Assembly: GCF_009914755.1 (NCBI RefSeq)
Contig: NC_060942.1
Strand: one strand, 5' to 3'
Source: the human T2T-CHM13v2.0 reference genome, Homo sapiens
Length of the DNA stretch: 64,000 nt
Shown: in pieces, positions 47,789 to 62,299 of the stretch
How positions within the stretch are numbered: position 1 is the stretch's first letter
How the letters are laid out: the number at the start of each line of letters is the position of its first letter
Notes under the pieces: model-generated
The model's input: only the letters and a program-made list of their open reading frames with translations
What the model was told of the DNA's origin: nothing
Databases searched by the model: none
Translations under genes and position numbers: made by a program

Positions 47789-50700
47789 AATATAGTAGCA
47801 GTAAGGGAATTTGGAAAAGAACTCTAGCTTAGCTATTTGGAAAATGGCTGGTTTATTAACGTGGTCTTCCGCAGATGCTAAACAAAGGCTATCTTACATA
47901 GCACAATTATCTGATATGTGCACCATCTCATTTAATTTGCACAACTCTGTGGCTTGGAGCTATTTTATTATTTACCCGTATTTTATTATTTAAGGAAAAA
48001 GAGCTTTGGAAAGGAACACCTGACCCAGATTATGAAGCTGGTGAATGATTCTGGAAGGATTTTAACACAGGGATTCCCAGTCTTCTGAGGACGGGACAGT
48101 TGGTGAGGCCTTGAGGACATTGAAGTCTGAGATTGAGATTCTTAACATATATGGCTGTTAAGTTCCTAATTACTGTGGAGAACTGAAGCACACGCTTCCT
48201 TATTTCCCCAAAGCCTTCAGGGAGAAGAGCTAAAATCTTCTTACTGGAAATGACAAAGTAAGATTTTAGGAGTAAATTGAATTCAGCATAATATTCATAA
48301 TATTTGCAAGTTAATTTCAGGGCTGTCATGGATAGGTGGAGATTTCAGTTATTTCAAGTTGATTTTCTTTGGCTCAGGCATTAGGTGTGCACCATCCAGT
48401 TAAGGATTTTGCTACTTGAGTATTAGTTTCAGGATTAGCTGTTCCTCCAAACCCCAGGCCTTTTGGATAGCCTGAAAAAACACAGATGGCTAAAAGGGAA
48501 CCTGAGGTTATGATGCTTTAAATAAACAAAAAAACTTAAGACAATTGCATTCCAGAGTTGCCTTTTGCCTCCAAATTCTCACAAGTTTGTAAGGGAGCAG
48601 TCTTTTGCACCAGACAGTTTCTGGGAAACTCATCGAATACATGGGTGGGAGGATGAGTCGAAGTGGTCTGCCCAGTGCCCCCTGAAGAGCCCTCCCCTCT
48701 GCTGCTATGGAGCTGTTCTTCACCAGGTCTGTGCCCCTCGCTCACTTCCCTTAGAGTGAATTACTGTCCAGAATCTCCTTGGTCTACCATGAGGATAAAC
48801 TCAATGGGCCCACTCGACTAAGTTACTCCGAATCCCCAGGATGTAGCCAGCAGGACCTGGGTTTGGTTTGAGCTAGCACCTTCCTGTGCACACTCAGAAA
48901 TTTACAGACTCACCAAGAGACCCCAGTATGTTATTATCACTCTCTTCTTAAACGTCGTCATACCCTATCATGGTACCTACATTCTCCCTCCTTTGCTGCC
49001 GAGACCTTCAGTGGGGTGCATCATAATATATCATTCTGTGCTCATAGTAGGAGCTATTGAAGAGAAGCAGAGCTAATAAAAATAGACTTGAGTATTTTCT
49101 CCATTGACCATTTAACAGCATTCAACATTCTTGGGTGTTTTGAAGTGGCTGAGCTGTGATCCGAATTCCTTTTTGGAAGGAACAATTGGAGCTCGGCAGC
49201 GTTATGAAGCTGGTCACATTTGGACATTTTGTTGTGATTTGTCCAGGTGTCCCTCTTTGATTTTGCTTGTGCGGCCTCTCCTGTTGTCTCTCCTGTGTCC
49301 TCAGTGACCAGTGTTGTCCTGTGGTTTCCCATTGGGAAGGCTGCCACTGAGCCATCTAGGCAGTCCTGTCCTCTTGGGCAGGGTCCTGCCTCCTCCAGCC
49401 CTTTCCTTCCCCTTTGAAACGCTCTCATTTGCTCCTGCAGGAAACCCCTGTTCTGTCGTTGCCTTGCATTCAGGTTTTGATACTCCCATTTCGGCTGGTA
49501 GAACAGTAAACTAACACCTTGTCAATGTATTGAGTGTTTTCCCAAATGCTCCTGCGGCACGTAAACACTTGTTTTGTTGCAGATGTTGCTGAGTCATTTC
49601 AGGAAGTGGGAAGCATTTCGGTAGGGGAGAGAATTTAAAGTCAGAAATTCACGTCCCTGGGGTGGCAGCTTGTTCACCTGCATAGGGCCTGGGCAGCTGG
49701 TAAATATATCCTGTGGCTTCCAAGTAAGGTGTGACTAATTGCTCTGAAAGTGCCTCATCTGGCTGAATGGAGCAGGCTTTTGCAATAAGTTCAATTCGAT
49801 TAAATTATTTCCATGCTACAGGGAACAAAGAACTGGTTGGAACATGGCTTCCGGTTCCTTGAGAGACTTCTCAGCAATCTACAGATGCTCTAAAGCACTT
49901 AGTCGCCCTGGGGCTAGATTTTCTCTAGATTTTTCCCTCAGATGGGATATAGCAATGAACTTAAGTGACAGTTCTGCAGGCTTGACAACGTTGTCTAAGA
50001 CCAAATATATGTTGGAAATTCCTACATCTAAAACCCCACATTTTCATATCATTTCTCCTGAGTATTACACTGGCAAGAAAAGACAAAAATAGTTTCTTTA
50101 ATTGAGGGAGTCAGTGTGTTTCAAGGAGATTCCCTGACAGGGACATTAATTGTCAAACCTTGCAAAAATGTTCTGTAAATCATCAGTGACGCTGAATCCC
50201 CAATAAGTTGTCTGAAAGCACAGCACAGTGGGTAGGATTTGAATAAAGAATGAAAGGAAGCCTGATGGGAGGTGATTTGCCATACGGAGAATTGCAGTGG
50301 AGGCAGCCCATAAGAGGAAGGAGAAAGAATATTTTGGCACAAACGCTGGCAATATTTGGGTTGGCTGCACTGAAGAAATGTCTGATGATATTATCTTCAT
50401 TTGTTTACTTGCCTGCTTTCCGCATCAGATGGTGAATTTCGGAAGGGCAAATCTCTAGTTTTTCGATGCATCCAGGATCTAACTTTGTGCCTGACATGTA
50501 GCAGGGACCTGGTGTTTATTAATATATGGGGTCCTGGAAGAAACCAAGGAAGACAATAGTGTAATAAGCACACCTGAGTGGGTCATGGCATGGCTGTTTC
50601 TGGGCAAAACCCCAGAGCTCCACGCCCTGGGCATTCTCTGCAAACAGGTGCTATGGCTGTGAACTTGTCTGGCTGTGCATCAGCCTTCCTGGCTGCTCCT

Positions 50701-50889
50701 AAGTGTTAGAAAAGAATGTATTTGGCAACTCATGTTCATTGTTACCTAATTACCTAATTTGAGTTTTTATTTTAATGATCTTATAAATAGTGATGTTACC
50801 ATTTCAGCATGTCAATAATTGTTAATGCAACATAGGCAGTGGGTTATGAGAGGTGAGGCGAACTGATTTCAATAGTCTGTGTCTTTCAG

Positions 50890-50955
50890 GTCCTTAATCA
50901 CTTGCATAAAAAGTTGAAGAACATGTCAAAGAAGTCTGAAGCATCCAAGAAAAAG
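50890..50955 (+). CDS. GALR1: GALR1 coding exon 2 (aa 223-244, ICL3: VLNHLHKKLKNMSKKSEASKKK)
   Basis: tctttcag|GTC acceptor and AAG|gtaat donor; 66 nt, phase 0/0; joins exons 1 and 3 into a 349-aa ORF. Missed by the ORF track. Confidence 0.97.
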
Positions 50956-51251
50956 GTAATGATCACAAATATATATATATATGTTACTTTTCAGAGCTTA
51001 GTTTACCTTTGTTTTTTTTACTTGTCCTCACGTCCATCCAAAGCCTGTAACATTTAGGACCCTTGGTGTGGCTAAGGAGGTTTGAGATGAGCCTCCCACC
51101 GTCAGGATGGGAATGGAGGGTCGGCCTTGGCAAGGGCACCGTGGGTCACTCCGTGCTGCATTCAAACTTAGCTGAAGATCTGGGGAGATGAGGAAATGCG
51201 GATTCTGCTGATTGTGCGCCTCACCAGGAGGTGTGCTTAGGTTGACTGAGA

Positions 51252-51292
51252 CAGAGTGCAGAGTGCAGAGTGCAGAGTGCAGAGTGCAGAGT
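51252..51292 (+). repeat. (CAGAGTG)~6 heptamer repeat
   Basis: Five perfect copies plus a partial copy. Confidence 0.92.
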
Positions 51293-53184
51293 TGCTGACA
51301 TGCATACTTAGAGGGAAAGTATAGTCATTTTGTTTTATGTTTTCAATCTCTGATGTGATTCCGAAAAGCCCTGGTTTGGTTCTTGTTTAAGACAACGTTG
51401 TTATAATCCCTCCCTAAAGCCACCAGAGTGCTGGGGCATTCTTGCCTCTTTCACCCACATGTGCTGACTCTGACCCGGCAGGTAAAGACTGAAGAGTGGA
51501 CAAGGCTGAAAGCAGATTCCTCCCGTTGCTAACTGACTTTCTCATCCCCCAGCCCCGATTTAAACAAGCTTCTCCTGAGTGGTATTACAGCATCTAACTT
51601 ATTGATGGTCATGATATTCTACATTTTGGGGGAAAACTATTTCACAAATCAAGGTTAAATGAACTCTTACTCAGAAAATATCTATATAGCTTCTAATTTT
51701 AGGAAGTAGAATGAGATTATTAGGCAATATGACTAAGGAGTAGGAGGTTATAACCAGATATTTTAACCCAAAAGTGTAATAATAACATCTTAAAATACCT
51801 TGTTTTTTCCTTATATTTATTATGATCAATGACATACCTAATTTATAGAAATTATAGTTTAGATCATGTTTAATCATGTTTACTTAAAAATTCTACTTGA
51901 ATAAAGGACAGCTCTTCCTGACTTTCCTTCTTTATGAACAGTAATGTGGCTAAAAAGCCATCTGATAGTCCAGAGTCAAAACCAGTGGTAGAGAATTGGT
52001 TATAGAGCACAAACATTAAGACTTTTTTTTTTCCCTGGCAGCAAAAAATTAGCTTATGTTAGAAATGCAGTCATACAGTGTTTAGGATAACCACCTAAGA
52101 ATACAAGGTGCAGTATAAATAACAAGACCATGCTATGGCTTTATTCCATTGATCCTTTCTTACATCTGAACAATTATTATGAATATTTCATTTTAGGCAT
52201 CTAGGCCCCGCATTAGAGCAGCTGACCAAGTGCTAAGTTATATGAATGGAATAAACCCTGTAAGTTGGTGCTTTCCTCCTCTCTTTTTAGTGATGTGCTG
52301 TTATGGTAGAGATTTTCCATTTTTCTGGTATATCTATTGATTTTTCCTCTGAGTCACACTTCTTATTTCTAAGACAATGGTTCTTTAAAGACAATTAAGG
52401 ATAGTTTCTGACTTCTCCTAGGACAGTTATTTTTAGAGCACCTGCTCTGTGTAGGACCAAGCCGATCCAGGGGATTCTAAGAGGAACTGGCTCCGCATGG
52501 AAGCCAACATTGTAATGGAAGAGATCAATGTGTGAGTCCCAGAGGCCTGTTCAAGGGGGCAGTGTTTGGAGCATCAGGGAAGGGAGAGATTAATTTCCCT
52601 TGGGAGGGATTGGGCTCGTCAAACTTTAACTGAGAAGACACCATTGATCTGTGATAAATGTGTGTTAATGATTCAAAAGATTTTATGCTTACCAAAAGAA
52701 ATAAAACCAAACATTTATTTAACATTTGCTGAATCTTACTTGTGTCGATGGTAGTTTTAGTCTCCATATTTGAAAAAGTATTGGAGAGAAATTGTGAAGG
52801 TCTCAGAGAAGAACAAAATACTGAAAAAATAGGTCTTATAAAAATGATTAGAAAAGCTTCTATTTTATTTTACAATAAAAAACCTAAAGATCAGTGATTA
52901 GTTCAGTCATTAGTTATATACACATACACATATATACACAAATATTTAGATTTATGTGAGTATATGTATATATAATACATATGTGCTTACATATATACAT
53001 ATACTAAATATATCTATATAAAATTATCTTTTGCTTATTCTTACCATGAGGATCTAGCATTTGAAGAAGGGATGAAGATTTTCTTTTTCGTTTTCACAGC
53101 CTCTGACCCTTAACAGCTACTGAACAGATGTCAGATCTTTGTTGATGTATTTAATTGCCTCTTGTTTGCACAGAATAAATAAAT

Positions 53185-54680
53185 GTGGTGGTGGTGGTGG
53201 TGATGATGGTGGTGGTATTGGTGGTGGTGATGGTGGTGGGTGGTAGTGGTGGTGATGATGGTGATCATTGTGGTGATGGTGGCGATTGTGGTGGTGATGG
53301 TGGTGGTCATAGTGGGGGTGGTGGTGGTCATGGTGGTGATGGTGGTGGTCATGGTGGTGATGGTGGTGGTGGTGATGGTGGTGATGGTGGTGGTCATGGT
53401 GGTGATGGTGGTGGTGGTGATGGTGGTGATGGTGGTGGTGGTCATAGTGGTGGTGGTGGTGGTCATGGTGGTGATGGTGATGGTGGTGGGTGGTGATGGT
53501 GGTGGTGGTCATGTGGTGGTGGTGGTGATGATGGCCATGGTGGTGATGGTAGTGATGGTGGTGATGATGGTGGTGATGATGGTCATGGTGGTGATGGTGG
53601 TGATGGTGGTGGTGGTGATGGTGGTGATGGTGGTGGTGGTCATAGTGGTGGTGGTGGTGGTCATGGTGGTGATGGTGATGGTGGTGGTGGTCATGTGATG
53701 GTGGTGCTGGTGATGGTGGTGATGGTGATGATGGTTATGGTGGTGATGATGGCAATTGTGATAGTGATGGTGGTGGTGGTGGTGGTGATGGTGGTGGTGG
53801 TCATAGTGGTGGTGGTGCTGGTGATGGTGGTGATGGTGGTGGTGATGGTGGTGATGATGGTGGTCATAGTGGTGATGGTGGTGGGCGGTAGTGGTGGTGA
53901 TGATGGTCATGGTGGTGATGATGGTGGTCATGGTGGTCATGGTGGCGATTGTGGTGATGGTGGTGGATGGTGGTGGTGGTCACAGTGGTGGTGGTGTTGG
54001 TGGTGGTCATGGTGGTCATGGTGGTGATGATGGTGGTCATGGTGGCGATTGTGGTGATGGTGGTGGATGGTGGTGGTGGTCACAGTGGTGGTGGTGTTGG
54101 TGTTGGTGGTGGTCATGGTGGTGATGATGGTGGTGATGATGGTGGTCATGGTGGCGATTGTGGTGATGGTGGTGGATGGTGGTGGTGGTCACAGTGGTGG
54201 TGATGTTGGTGTTGGTGGTGGTCATGGTGGTGATGATGGTCATGGTGGTGATGACGGTGATGATGATGGTGGTCATGGTGGCGATTGTGGTGATGGTGGT
54301 GGATGGTGGTGGTGGTCACAGTGGTGGTGGTGTTGGTGTTGGTGGTGGTCATGGTGGTCATGGTGGTGATGATGGTCATGGTGGTGATGATGGTGATCAT
54401 GGTGGTGATGGTGGTGATGGTGGCGATTGTGATGGTGATGGTGGTGGTGGTGATGGTGGTGGGTAGTGATGGTGGTGGTGGTCATAGGGGTGGTGGTGAT
54501 GGTGGTGATGATGGTGGTCATGGCAGTGATGGTGATGGTGGCGATTGTGATGGTGATGGTGGTGGTGGCGATGGTGCCAGTGGTGGTGGTGACAGTGGTG
54601 GCAGTGGTGGTGGTGGCAATAGTGATGATGATGGTGGCAATTGTGGTGGTGATGGTGGTGATGGTAATGGTGGTGGTGGT
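53185..54680 (+). repeat. ~1.5 kb degenerate (GGT/GAT/CAT)n array in GALR1 intron 2
   Basis: TGG-rich triplets with higher-order 100-127 bp units; reverse complement of the intron 1 array motif. Confidence 0.98.
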
Positions 54681-55039
54681 ATGTGTGTGTCTAAGAAAGA
54701 GATGGGAGAGAGGAGCAGAGAAAGGGTAAGAAGAGGGTGTGGAAGCAGAGGCGTGATGAGAAGGGAGGTGGCGGAGAGAGGGGGACAGAGGCAGGAGAGG
54801 TGAGACAGGGGAGACTCGGGAAGGAAAGCAAGAATACATGGCAACTTCCCTGAAGACAGGAACTGGGTTGGTCCATCGTGGGTATTTCCCCAGGTCTCAG
54901 CACAGAAAATTGCTACTGGTGCACACGTGTTCATCATTTGATTGGTAATGGAAGATGTGACAGGGATTTGGCTACTTGTTTCCAGCCCTTTCTCTCAATG
55001 TATAAGTAAAGTTCCCTTTCTCAGCTCTGTATCCACTGG

Positions 55040-55530
55040 TCTTAGTACGTTCAGGCTGCTTTAAGAAAATACCATAGTCTGGGTGGCTCATAAACAATGG
55101 AAGTTTATTTCTTGCAGTCCTGAAGCTTGGAAGCCTGAAATCAAGCTCCTGCAGATTCAGTGTTTGGTGAGGGCCGTTTTCTGGTTCATAGATGGCCCCT
55201 TCTCTCTGTATCCTCACAGAGTGGAAGGTGAAAGGCAGCTCTCTGCGCCCTCTTTCATAAGGGGACTGGTCCCATTATTCATAGGGTGGGAGGTGTAAGG
55301 CAGCTCTCTGGGCCTCTTTCAAAAGGGCACTAGTCTCTGTGTCCTCATAGGGTGGGAGGTGTGAGGCAGCTCTCTAGGCCCCCATTCATAAGGGCACGGA
55401 TCCCATTATGAGGGCTCCCCCCACCTCATGACCTAATTACCATCCAAAAGCCCCACCTGTTAATACCATCACCTTGGTGATTAGGTTCCAATTTATGAAT
55501 TTTTTGGACGGGGTGGGGACATAAACTTTG
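55040..55530 (-). mobile_element. MLT1 (MLT1A-like) LTR with internal triplication
   Basis: gtcttagtacgttcaggctgct...aataccatcaccttgg...; ~65-bp unit repeated three times. Confidence 0.75.
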
Positions 55531-56783
55531 AGATGGTGCCGCCGTCCATACGGGGCTTTCCTGTTGAGAGTTATAATTATTATGGGGTGGGGAGATTGGT
55601 CTTTCATGATAAACATGCTAACAGTTATTCTCCATGTTTGGAGCAAGTGCAAAAGAAGAATAGGATTTCTACTGCAGGAATAAAGGGCTAGGATTGATCA
55701 CATGCTTTTCTTAAACTCTGCTAGACATAAAGAAATGTTTCTGGCTCAAAGCTGATTGTTAAAACCTTGGAAGACCTCAAAATGGGATAGACACCCATAC
55801 TGGATGGTTGCTTCCTGGAGAAAATTGGATTAAAGGACCTCTTGATGTCCTATCAAGCCACTGGGTTCTTTTAATGTTTGCTTTTTTTGTTGTTTCTTTG
55901 GCTTAAAGTAATTCAGTAAGGTTTTTGGATGTCATTTATACAATTTGTGAGGTTTTTTTTTTTTTATCATTCTCACCTTTTATTCAGTTCTTTTCTCCCC
56001 AGCCAAATTCCATTAGACATATTGTGAGTAAAATTCTTTGAAGAAAGAACAGACATCTCAGATGATTTGAAAAAGAGCATCTCACAATAAGAAGAGAGAC
56101 TAATATTTTTTCAGATACTTTCAGCAGAAGGAGCACAAAGAAACCATGCTATTAAAAGACCTAAACTCAAGTGTAAGAAGAATTTGTATAAAGATTTAGC
56201 ACATAATTTTAAACAATAATTTTTTCTCCATCAAAAGATAATGTTGAGATTCTATACGCTAAATAGACAAAGGAGGGAAGCAGTGCACACACAGGGGACA
56301 TGCCCGTCTGACGGAGACGGAGGACCCTGTAAGAGAGTAGAAAGAATCACGTCATAAATAAATTTTAAAAATCAGCCTCGTCCTCCACAGAGGGGAGTTC
56401 TCTATGTTACTTTCTCTGCGCTGTATCCACTGGTCTTAGTCTGTTCAGGCTGCTATAAGAAAATACAACAGCCTGGATGGCCCATAAACAACGGAAATGT
56501 ATTTCTTGCAGTCCTGGAGTTTGGAAGTCTAAAATCACGCTCCTGCAGATTCAGTGTTTTGTTACTTTCTGATGTTACTTTCTGATGTTTCCATGGGAAA
56601 GACAGGAAGGAAGTGGCTTTTCCAGCCCTTTCTAAGGAAAGGAGATGCTTCAGCCTTAGGGGTTGATACCAAGCATTTTTTATTGCCTTTAAATTGAGGT
56701 GGGGAAGACAACTTTCCTTTTGTTGTGACTTTTATGTAATTCATCAGTGGTTCTCCAAACAGTTTCTTGAGCTCCTTTTAAAT

Positions 56784-57079
<296 letters not shown>

Positions 57080-58805
57080 GAGCTTTTTAAAAAGGCAGAT
57101 TCCTGGGTAACTAGTAAACTCTACCAATTGCTTTAAAGCCATAAGAGATGAGGTATAGCTATCCGAATTAAAAAAAAAAAAAAAAGCTTTGCACTGGTTG
57201 AGGATGGGCATACTAACCTACTTAAATCCCAGGGTTGAAATTAGTACACATGCATTATTTTGCCAGATCTTTAACTTTGAGCGTGTCTATGCTAGGCATA
57301 TATCGTTTCCCGAGTTTGACAGTGTGGAGCAGTAGTAAATCAAAAAAGATGGTTTTCCACTGGCATGGAACTTCTTGCCCCGTGTCCCATCTTCTACCAG
57401 CATCCGTTGCAAGGGAAGAATGAAGACAAAAATCATCTACTGTTTTCAACCATGCACATGGGTGTATTTGCCACATTGTCATTGCTACGACTGAATTGGA
57501 CTCACCTCAAAGATAGCAGGACCAGGTGCCCAGGGCCTGTTTGCATGGAGTTGGCTTTTACCAACCAGGAGGCCTTCAACTTCAATGGCCTGAGATGCTT
57601 GATAAACAAGAAAATAGTAATCCCCTGGAGATATTTAGCTGGGAGGATAGTCAGTGTTGACAGGCCTTCTATTAAACTCTTTTGGGAACAATCTGAGACA
57701 GATGATATAGTTTATGCAAATACCCATTAAGCCTTCTTTCCTGATATTTATGTTGCAAACTGTAATTCCATCTCATTTCAAAGCTGCTGGTAAACCAAGA
57801 AAAAGAACCTGATTCTTATCCATGGCTCTAAGAGCAATGGGACTAGTAAAAATTAAAAGGTAAACTTGGAATGAGTCACAGACACACAAAGTTAACAAAC
57901 ACTGCCAGAGAAAACACTCCGGCCTCAGGGCACACTACCATTTGCCCTGTGGATGTTGATAAGGCATAGATCTTATCAGTAAGCTGCTGGGATAGATTTC
58001 TGCTTTGTACTTAGTAAAATTGTCTAAAAGAAACAATGAAATGCAATACCCGGAGGGTAACCATTCTGTGACATAGAGAGATGGTCTGATTGTCTTAGAA
58101 AGAAATGATGATGTTTTATATTCTATTTGTAGGTATAATTATATCTAGATTGTTTTGATTAAATCATCTGAGAATGGCATTTCTCATCCACTAATGGATA
58201 AATGGATTGATAGAAGGCACTCCCTTAATATATGTGAGCACATTATCTGCTTGCTTTGTGTGTCATGCAATAAGTGGCTTTAATATGTAAGCTTGTACCC
58301 TGTAAAACCCGTACTTAGATTTTTATACCTGAGTTGTTTGTCGTGTTTAAATAGATGAGGCATGGTCTAGGAATCATTTCATTGGTTCATCTTATTCTTA
58401 GCTGAGGAAGTTGAGGCTCAGGGAGTTTATGACATTTTGCAAAGGTCATACAACCAGCTTATGGCATGGCCAGGTGGGAACACAGACCTGCTGTCAGTCC
58501 TGGGGTCTTGTGCAATCCCTGGTGCCTCTCGATAGGGAGCTTAACTCTCATCTCCTGTCCACCTCGCTAGTAGGATTTGTCCTGGCCTTGATCTGAGATC
58601 TAGCCCTCCCTCTACTCTCTCTGCCTGGATCCTGGGCACAGCTTCCTGGCTTCCAGTCTCCCTCTTTGATAAACATCATTTCACGTCTTACTTTGCTACC
58701 TCATGTCAATCCTTGAAGAGCTGGCATCTCATGCGTTATAGTCTGGTTGTCATTTCTATTGCAGTGGGACTCCAGTTCATGGGAAGTGATAAGAAGAGTC
58801 TTTTT

Positions 58806-59126
<321 letters not shown>

Positions 59127-59545
59127 CTATGTAGGATTTCCCCTCCTAGCAGTGTGGAGCTGTGGTTCCCACTGCCGTGTGATAGTCCTGCAGGGTGTGA
59201 GGTCCATGCAGGATCACTGTAGGAAGTCCTATGTCCCAAGGGAAAATCTGTGGTGGGACAGTGCTGTCTCAGTCATGGAGTCACTTTCCCATGTCTTAGT
59301 CTTCCCTCCATGTGAAGTTATAAGAAAAATAAGGCTCTGTTTATTTTCATTCTTTTTCTCTTTCTCTTCGTTCCCCCCAACTTTTCTTCTCCCACTTATC
59401 CATTTTAGAGTATTTCTGTTTAGAAAACAGACTGGTGGCCACAGGTAAACCCTTCATCACATCTGTATGCTGTGATGGGAAGGCCAGGGGAGGGGGTCTG
59501 CTTTCCTGCTCCATGAAACCCAGTGAGGTCTGGGAAGAGAGTGGG

Positions 59546-61865
59546 TATATTAGTCTGTTCTTGCACTGCTAATAAAGACATACCCAAGACTGGGTAATTT
59601 ATAAAGAAAAGATGTTTAATTGACTCACACTTCCACAGGGCTGGGGAGGCCTCAGGAAACTTACAATTATGGTGGAAGGGAAAGCAAACACGTCCTTCAT
59701 ATGGCAGCAGGAAGGAGAAGAATGAGAGTAAAGGGTGGGAAAAGCCCCTATAAAACCATCAGATCTCATGAGAACTCATTCGCTATCATGAGAATAGCAT
59801 GAAGGTAACTGCCCTCATGATTCAGTTACCTCCTTTTGGGTTCCTGCCACCACACATGGGGATTATAGGAACTACAATTCAAGATAAGATTTGGGTGGGA
59901 ACACAGAGCCAAACCATGTCTTACTGCTCCTGGCCCCTCCCAAATCTCATGTCCTCACATTTCAAAACACAATCATGCCCTTCCAGCATTCCCCCAAAAT
60001 CTTAACTCATTCCAGCATTAACTCAACAGTCTGAGTTCAAAGTCTCATCTGAGACAAGGCAAGTCCCTTTTGCCTATAAGCCTTTACAATCAAAAGCACG
60101 TACCTATTATACTTCCTAGATACAATGGGAGTACAGGCATTGGGGAAATACAACCATTCCAAATAGGAGAAATTAGCCAAAACAAAGAGGCTACAGGCCC
60201 CATGCAAATCTGAAATCCAGTGGAGCAGCCAAATCTTAAAGCTCCAAAATGATCTCCTTGGACTCCATGTTTCACGTCCAGGTCACACTGATGCAAGAGG
60301 TGGGCTCCCATGGCCTTGGGTAGCTCCTCCCCTGTGGCTTTGCAGGGCATAGCCCCCTTCCGGGCTGCCTTCATGGCTGATGTTGAGTGTCTATGGCTTT
60401 TCCAGGTGCAGGGTGCAAGCTTTGGATGGATCTACCATTCTGGGGTCTGGAGGATGGTGGCCCTCTTCTCACAGATCCACTAGGTAATGCCCCAGTGGGG
60501 AGTCTGTGTGGGAGCTCTGACCCCACATTTCCATTCTGTACTGCCCCAGCAGAGGTTCTCCATAAGGACTCTGCCCCTGCAGTAGACTTCTGCCTGGGCA
60601 TCCAAGCATTTCCATACATCCTCTGAAATCTAGATGGAGGTTCCCCAACCTCAATTCTTGACTTCCGTGCACCTGCAGGCCCAACCTCATGGGTAAGCTG
60701 CCAAGGCTTGGGGCTTACACCTGCTAAAGCGATGGCTTGAGCTATATGTTGGCCCCTATTAGCCACAGCTGGGACACAGGACACCAAACCCCAAGACTAC
60801 ACAAAGAAGCAAGGCCCTGGGCTTGGACATGAAACCACTTTTCCTCCTAGGCCTCTGGGTGTGTGATGGGAAAGGCTGCCATGAAGACCTCTGATGTGCC
60901 CTGGAAACATTTTCCCTATTGTCTTGGTGATTAACATTTGGCTTCTCATTATTTATGCAAATTTCTGCAGCCTGCTTGAATTTCTCCTCCAAAAATGCGT
61001 TTTTTTCTTTTCTATTGCATGATCAGGTTGCAAATTTTCCAAACGTTTATATGCTTTGCTTCCCTTATAAACGTAAGTTCCAATTCCAAACCATCTCTCT
61101 CAAGTTCAAAGTTCCACAGATCTCTAGGGCAAGGGCAAAATGCCACCAGTCTCTTTGCTAAAGCATAGCAAGAGTGACCTTTACTCCAGTTCCCAAGAAG
61201 TTTCTGATCTCCATCTGAGACTACCTTAGCCTGGACTTCATTGTCCATATCACTATCACCATTTTGGTCAAAGACATTCAACAGTTTCTAGGAAGTTCCA
61301 AAATTTCCCACATCTTCCTGTCTTCTCAGCACCCCCAAGGCTCTAGGAAGTTTCAAACTTTCCAACATTTTCCTGTCTTCTTCTGAGCCATCCAAACTGT
61401 TCCAGCCTCTGCCTATTACCCAGTTCCAAAGTTGCTTCGACATTTTTGAGTATCTTTACAGCAGTGCCCCACTCTCTGCAGTACCAATTTACCGTATTAG
61501 TCCATTCTCACACTGCTAAGAGACATACTCAAGACTGGGTAATTTATAAAGGAAAGAAGTTTAACTGACTCACAGTTACACAGGGATGGGGAGGCCTCAG
61601 GACACTTACAATCATAGCAGAAAGGGAAGCAAACATGTCCTTCTTCACATGGCAGCAGGAAGGAGAAGAATGAGAGTGAAGGGTCGGGGGAAACCCCTTA
61701 TAAAACCATCAGATCTCCTGAGAACTCACTGTCACGAGAACAGCATGAAGGTAACTGCCCCCATGATTCAATTACCTCTCACTGGGTCCCTCCCATTATG
61801 TGTGGAGATTATGGGAATGACAATTCAAGATGAGAGCTGGGTGGGGTCACAGCCAAACCATATCA
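59546..61865 (-). mobile_element. Full-length THE1 element (LTR-internal-LTR), antisense in intron 2
   Basis: Two similar LTRs (59546-59921, 61493-61865), ~1.57 kb MaLR internal region, 5-bp TSD GTGGG (59541-59545 / 61866-61870). Confidence 0.93.
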
Positions 61866-62299
61866 GTGGGATTGCTGCCAGCTCACGCTCTGATGCTTCC
61901 CCTCCCAATGTCCAAGCATGCTCTAAAATATTACAGCCTGGACTATGTCTGAGAGAAAGAAGTTACTTGAGTCCTAACCTTTGGCCAAGAGGCTGAAAGG
62001 TGCACCTCTTTGCGCTTAATGTTCCTTTTTTCCTATGAGAAGTAAACTTGCTGGTGAAGTGAACAGAAAGCTGAAGCCATCGAACAGAGGAGGCTGGGGA
62101 AGCACTCTGTCCCTTCACGCCAGGGAACTGAGATGGAGGTTTTCTTATGGCAGCCTTTATTGCCCACACAGCTAGCATAATGCTTCTTGAGAAGCAGCCC
62201 TGTTGGGTGCAGAGAGGGAAGTGTGGCTTTTGATGACCAGAATTTTCCCTGCAGCTCAGCTGCCCAGTGCATGGGCTGGGGAGCATGTCGGCCTGGCTG

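Noticed and set aside
53941-54400. CRISPR-like repeat-spacer appearance
   Set aside because: Spacers are the same triplet repeat, the context is eukaryotic, and there are no cas genes.
53117-54937. His/Thr/Val/Gly-rich ORFs
   Set aside because: Artefacts of the TGG array, with frequent phase shifts.
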